The notes below the pieces were generated by a model. That model saw nothing but the letters and a program-made list of their open reading frames with translations. It was not told the DNA's origin and ran no database searches. 51,190 bases of DNA from Betaproteobacteria bacterium. GTDB taxonomy: Bacteria; Pseudomonadota; Gammaproteobacteria; Burkholderiales; SG8-39. Each line of letters opens with the position of its first letter. Position 1 is the stretch's first letter. Made by a program: the position numbers and the translations under genes. Shown one piece after another: positions 46,994-51,190 of this stretch. Location: NCBI GenBank assembly GCA_016189945.1, contig JACPRN010000106.1, positions 1-51,190 on the forward strand, read 5' to 3'.

Positions 46994-48718
46994 CTACAAC
47001 AGGTAATCGGTCATCAACTGCCACTCCGCGCCCGAGCGCACCTCGACCGAGTAAAGCTGCGGCTGCCGCGGCATCCCTGCCCCTTCGGGCAGCGCGCGGC
47101 GGTGTTTCGCGAGCGCGCGTTCGCAGTAGCGGCGCCAGTGCGGCGAATCGAAGCTGCCGGCAGAATCGTGCACGAGGAGCAGGTCGCCCGCCACGGCGCA
47201 GCGGCAGCCGGCGAGATGGGCGCGGAACGAAAAATCGAAATCGTAGCCGTGCCAGCCATCGAACGTCTCCGCGTCGAAGCCGATCTTGAGCGCCGCCTCG
47301 CGGCGGCAGGCGAGGAAAACGCCGTCGAGGGCCTGCGCAGCGCCCGCGGCGAGGCGGCTGCCGAAGGCCGTGACCGTCAGGCGGCCGTCTTCCCCCGGCA
47401 CGGCGATCTGGCCGGCCAGGCCGAGCCAGCCGGCGCCGAGCCATGAGGCGGTCACCGCCTGGCTGGTGCCGGCGACGCCGACCACGTCCGCACTCTCCAT
47501 GTGCTTGAGCAGGCGCGCCGCGAAATCGCTCGCCGCGATGTCGACATCGTCGTGGGAAAACACCACCAGCTCGCCGCGCGAGGCGGCGAGACCGCGGTTG
47601 TACCCTTCCGCGAGCGAACGCGCATCGCGGACCGCGACCACCTCGTGCGCCACGCCGGCGAAAGCGCGATCATACGCAGCCGATGCGCGCGCCAGGTGCT
47701 CGGGACGAGCGCTGCAAATGACGATGGAAACGAGCTGCGGCCGCTGCGCCGGCGCCTCGGCGAGGCGCGGAAGGACCCCTGCTGCCAGCTCGTGCCGCGC
47801 GCGGGCGAGCGCAGCGCAAAGCCGGGCCTGGAGCGCGAGCGGATACTCCGGGGCAAGCGCGAGGGCCTGATCGAAGGCGCCTTGCGCCGCCTGACAGTGA
47901 TCCGCGTCGAGCAGGGCGCAGCCCAGCAGGTAGTGCAGGGCGGGAAGCGTCGCGTCGATGGCAATCGCCGCTCGGGCGGCGCGCGCCGCCGCGGCGTACT
48001 GGGACAATTGCCACGCGCCGCTCCCGTAGTCGTACAACGCGTCGAGCGCGCGCGCGGCGTCTTTGGCCCGGCGCGGCTGGGTGCTCGCGCGCTTCAGCGC
48101 GAGCGCGCGCAGCTCAAATCTGGGTTGGCGCAGCACGAACACTTCCGCGAATCCCGCCTGGCGCAAAGCGCGCTCCAGCGTCAGCGCGGTGAACCCGGTC
48201 TTGTGTGCGTAATACGGCTCGCCGCTGCGCCTGATCTGCTCGCCGAATCCGTAGATCACATCGAGGGTTGAAACCGGTCCGGCCTCGGCTTCGTACAGGG
48301 TCGCCTCGAGGTCCTCGCCGGCGGCCGAGGCGTGCTCGAATACGGCCTGCATGTCGGGCACGCGGATTTCGCAGAATCCGCTTTCCTTGAGCACGTGCCC
48401 GAATCCGGCGAGCACACGCGGCACTTCGTGGTGATAGTAGTGCTCGAGGTTATGCGAGCAATACACCGCGTCAAAGCGCTCTCCCGGGAGTTCCCCGAGC
48501 CGGCGCGCATCGCACACCAGGTCGACGCCCGGTGCCGCCTTGATGTCGAGCAGCACCTGGTTCCAGCCGGCATAGCGCGGCGGAATCGCGATCGACTTCA
48601 ACCCGCCTCCGACGTTGAGCACCGAAGGGGCCGCCTGCCCCGCGACCGCAGGCGCGTCGGAGGCTGCGCTTTCTTCGCTGGCACGCGAGGAAACCAGCCG
48701 GCGAATCTGTTCAAACAT
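46994..48718 (-). CDS. fusion protein: SAM-dependent methyltransferase + TPR linker + family-2-like glycosyltransferase
   Basis: 574 aa from ATG 48718. N-terminus: VLNVGGGLKS...FDAVYCSHNLEHYYHHEV. Middle: TPR-like helices. C-terminus: LVSIVICSARPEHL...GYNRGLAASRGELVVFSHDDVDI (GT-A DxD). Confidence 0.6.
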   Translation of the reverse strand: MFEQIRRLVSSRASEESAASDAPAVAGQAAPSVLNVGGGLKSIAIPPRYAGWNQVLLDIKAAPGVDLVCDARRLGELPGERFDAVYCSHNLEHYYHHEVPRVLAGFGHVLKESGFCEIRVPDMQAVFEHASAAGEDLEATLYEAEAGPVSTLDVIYGFGEQIRRSGEPYYAHKTGFTALTLERALRQAGFAEVFVLRQPRFELRALALKRASTQPRRAKDAARALDALYDYGSGAWQLSQYAAAARAARAAIAIDATLPALHYLLGCALLDADHCQAAQGAFDQALALAPEYPLALQARLCAALARARHELAAGVLPRLAEAPAQRPQLVSIVICSARPEHLARASAAYDRAFAGVAHEVVAVRDARSLAEGYNRGLAASRGELVVFSHDDVDIAASDFAARLLKHMESADVVGVAGTSQAVTASWLGAGWLGLAGQIAVPGEDGRLTVTAFGSRLAAGAAQALDGVFLACRREAALKIGFDAETFDGWHGYDFDFSFRAHLAGCRCAVAGDLLLVHDSAGSFDSPHWRRYCERALAKHRRALPEGAGMPRQPQLYSVEVRSGAEWQLMTDYLL

Positions 48719-48942
48719 GCGCCATTCTAGCGCCTGCTTCCGGGCGCGGTCCGCTTCGCTCGCGCAGCCGAGCGACGTTTTGACGAGGCAGGCGCCAGTC
48801 GGTAGCATCTGCGTGTTGCGGGGCAGAAGCGTACACGGGATGGCTGCGCCGCCGTGCTTGCCGGCACCGGGTGGCGGCAACCGCTTCAACCCCAGGGAAT
48901 TCCCCGGGTTCAGCCTTCCGGTTCATCGTCAGGAGACGAGCT

Positions 48943-51105
48943 ATGGCAGACGAGCAACGCCGGCTCGCGGATTACGCCGCGTGGGAGAAGTCCGCGCGCG
49001 AGTCGCTGCGCGAGGGATCGCTAGATGACCTCCTCTGGCGCACCCCGGAAGGAATCGCGGTCAAGCCCCTGTACACTGCCGCGGACCTCCAAGGGCTGCC
49101 CTATTGCGATACGCTGCCCGGTTTCGAGCCGTTTGTTCGCGGCCCGCAACCGACCATGTATGCCGGCAGGCCCTGGACCATCCGCCAGTACGCGGGGTTT
49201 TCGACGGCTGAGGATTCCAACGCATTCTTCCGCCAGACCCTGCGGGGCGGCGGCCAGGGCGTCTCGGTGGCATTCGATCTGGCCACGCATCGCGGCTACG
49301 ATTCCGACCATCCGCGGGTGGTCGGCGACGTGGGCAAGGCGGGCGTCGCGGTCGACTCGGTCGAGGACATGAAAATCCTGTTTACCGGGATTCCGCTCGA
49401 TCGCGTTTCGGTGTCGATGACCATGAACGGCGCGGTGCTGCCGGTGCTCGCGGGCTACATCGTCGCCGGCGAGGAGCAGGGCGTGCCGCAGGACAAGCTC
49501 TCGGGAACGATCCAGAACGACATCCTGAAGGAGTTCATGGTCCGAAACACCTACATCTATCCGCCCGAACCGTCGATGCGGATCGTCGCCGACATCATCG
49601 AATACACGACGCGCAACATGCCGCGCTTCAACTCGATCTCGATCTCCGGCTATCACATCCAGGAGGCCGGGGCGACGCAGGCCCTCGAGCTCGCCTTCAC
49701 CCTCGCCGACGGCAAGGAGTATGTGAAGGCGGCGCTCTCGCGCGGCATGGACGTGGATGATTTTGCCGGCAGGCTGTCGTTCTTTTTCGGCATCGGCATG
49801 AATTTCTACCTCGAGGTCGCGAAACTGCGCGCGGCGCGCTTCTTGTGGTGGCGGATCATGAAAGGCTTCAGTCCGAAGAGCCCGCGCTCGCTCATGCTGC
49901 GCACCCACTGCCAGACTTCGGGCTGGTCGCTCACCGAGCAGGACCCGCACAACAACGTCGTTCGCACCGCGATCGAGGCGCTGGCCGCGGTGTTCGGCGG
50001 CACGCAGTCCCTGCACACCAATGCGCTCGATGAGGCGATCGCGCTGCCTTCGGATTTTGCCGCGCGCATCGCGCGCAACACCCAGCTCATCATCCAGGAA
50101 GAGACCCATATTCCGGCCGTGATCGATCCGTGGGCCGGCTCCTATATGATGGAGCGGCTCACCCAGGAAATGGCCGACAAGGCCTGGGAGGTGATCGAGG
50201 AGGTCGACCGCATGGGCGGCATGGTGCGCGCGATCGAGTCGGGTATGGCCAAGCGCCGGATCGAGCGCTGCGCCGCCGAGAAGCAGGCGCGCATCGACCG
50301 CGGCGAGGACGTGATCGTCGGGGTGAACAAGTACCGGCTCGAAAACGAGGCGCCGATCGCGGTGCGCGACGTGGACAACACCGCGGTGCGCGAGGCGCAG
50401 GTGCGCCGCCTGGAGGAAGTGCGGAGCAAGCGCGACGCGCGCGCAGTCGAAGCGGCGCTTGCAGCGCTTACCGAGGCGGCGCGCAGCGGCTCCGGCAACC
50501 TTCTCGATCTCGCAGTGCGCGCGACGCGCTCGCGTGCCACGGTAGGCGAGATCAGCTCGGCGCTCGAAGCGGTCTACGGTCGCTACCGGGCATCGGGCGA
50601 GATCATCTCCGGGGTCTATGGCGGCGCATTCGGGCGCGATGAGAACTGGCAGCAACTGAAGGGCGAAGTCGAGTTGTTCGCGAACGAAGAAGGCCGCCGG
50701 CCGCGGATTCTGGTTGCCAAGCTCGGGCAGGACGGCCACGATCGCGGCGCCAAGGTGATCGCCAGCGCCCTGGCCGACCTGGGGTTCGACGTCGATGTCG
50801 GACCGCTGTTCCAGACCCCCGAGGAGGCGGCGGCGCAGGCAATCGAGAACGACGTTCACGCCGTCGGCGTGTCGACGCTTGCCGCCGGCCATAAGACGCT
50901 GGTACCCGCGCTAATCAATGCGCTGCGCGCAACCGGCGGGGGCGATATCGCGGTGGTCGTGGGCGGCGTCATCCCAGCGCAGGACTATGAAATGCTCAGG
51001 GCCGCGGGCGTCGCCGCGATATTCGGACCCGGGACCGTGGTTGCGCAGGCTGCGCGCGAAATCCTGAAGGCGATTCGCGACGCCCGTCGCATCGCCGCTG
51101 CGTGA
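48943..51105 (+). CDS. scpA: methylmalonyl-CoA mutase (single-chain, with C-terminal B12-binding domain)
   Basis: [37 protein letters not shown]...[17 protein letters not shown], with C-terminal [14 protein letters not shown] (DxHxxG). ATG at 48943 inside ORF 48871..51105. Confidence 0.95.
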   Translation: MADEQRRLADYAAWEKSARESLREGSLDDLLWRTPEGIAVKPLYTAADLQGLPYCDTLPGFEPFVRGPQPTMYAGRPWTIRQYAGFSTAEDSNAFFRQTLRGGGQGVSVAFDLATHRGYDSDHPRVVGDVGKAGVAVDSVEDMKILFTGIPLDRVSVSMTMNGAVLPVLAGYIVAGEEQGVPQDKLSGTIQNDILKEFMVRNTYIYPPEPSMRIVADIIEYTTRNMPRFNSISISGYHIQEAGATQALELAFTLADGKEYVKAALSRGMDVDDFAGRLSFFFGIGMNFYLEVAKLRAARFLWWRIMKGFSPKSPRSLMLRTHCQTSGWSLTEQDPHNNVVRTAIEALAAVFGGTQSLHTNALDEAIALPSDFAARIARNTQLIIQEETHIPAVIDPWAGSYMMERLTQEMADKAWEVIEEVDRMGGMVRAIESGMAKRRIERCAAEKQARIDRGEDVIVGVNKYRLENEAPIAVRDVDNTAVREAQVRRLEEVRSKRDARAVEAALAALTEAARSGSGNLLDLAVRATRSRATVGEISSALEAVYGRYRASGEIISGVYGGAFGRDENWQQLKGEVELFANEEGRRPRILVAKLGQDGHDRGAKVIASALADLGFDVDVGPLFQTPEEAAAQAIENDVHAVGVSTLAAGHKTLVPALINALRATGGGDIAVVVGGVIPAQDYEMLRAAGVAAIFGPGTVVAQAAREILKAIRDARRIAAA

Positions 51106-51112
51106 GGGGCTG

Positions 51113-51190
51113 ATGGCGCCAAGGCCGGTGCCCTCTGCCGCCGGCCTCGATTCGGCCGATCGGGAGCTTGCCGAGGGGGTGCTTGCAGGC
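51113..51190 (+). CDS. meaB: probable start of methylmalonyl-CoA mutase-associated GTPase MeaB (partial, runs off the window)
   Basis: ATG 51113, MAPRPVPSAAGLDSADRELAEGVLAG..., open to the window end. Position directly after the mutase fits MeaB/ArgK, but only 26 codons are visible. Confidence 0.4.
   Translation, partial: MAPRPVPSAAGLDSADRELAEGVLAG

Noticed and set aside
48719-48942. Possible cobalamin riboswitch upstream of the B12-dependent mutase (contains AGGGAA and GGTGGC strings).
   Set aside because: The conserved elements are not in the order or spacing of the B12 element and there is no recognisable B12 box. B12 riboswitches normally control B12 supply or B12-independent isozymes, not B12-dependent enzymes.

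Overview
High-GC (roughly 65%, by eye) chromosomal segment with gene order typical of Betaproteobacteria; the taxon call is inference from synteny and protein similarity recalled from memory. Almost all of it is tightly packed housekeeping DNA. Gene order: Zn/Mn-type ABC transporter, hslVU, PCu(A)C, hsp20, argB, M15 peptidase, HAD nucleotidase, slmA, moeB, ctpA-envC-gpmA, arsR-rhodanese-grxC-secB-SH3-gpsA, trmL-comF, bioC. Then an aa3-type cytochrome oxidase cluster (coxB-coxA-microORF-ctaG-DUF2970-coxC, DUF2909, SURF1, SCO-like), rpoH, ftsYEX, two M16 peptidases, rsmD-coaD-yfhL and mutM plus a GTPase-less dynamin-like gene. Then TPR-lolB-ispE-tRNA-Gln-prs-rplY-pth, a disrupted ychF locus, guaC, uspA, a hydrolase, apt-mtnP, a methyltransferase-TPR-glycosyltransferase fusion, and methylmalonyl-CoA mutase plus the start of meaB. 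Many adjacent genes are coupled by 4-nt ATGA/GTGA overlaps, which I used to choose start codons. I found one tRNA and no rRNA, CRISPR array, integrase or transposase. I did not find a clear multi-gene novel system. The most unusual place is 39.9-42.7 kb. There the conserved ychF is cut to a 93-codon stump and gpt to a ~45-codon stump. Between them lies a ~2.3 kb apparently foreign cassette carrying a divergent YchF-family NTPase (no canonical switch II), a TacAT-like GNAT/DUF1778 toxin-antitoxin pair with its own promoter/operator, and 180 bp of unexplained sequence, all 1.7 kb from pth. Other points worth a look: a dynamin-like protein lacking its G domain and translationally coupled to mutM; a ~21-residue insertion in the FtsY G domain; a perfect 23-bp-stem hairpin and a MITE/REP-like palindromic element between the hydrolase and apt; and an AT-rich repeat-bearing island in the ftsY/M16 intergenic region. 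All family assignments come from reading the translations; no searches were run.
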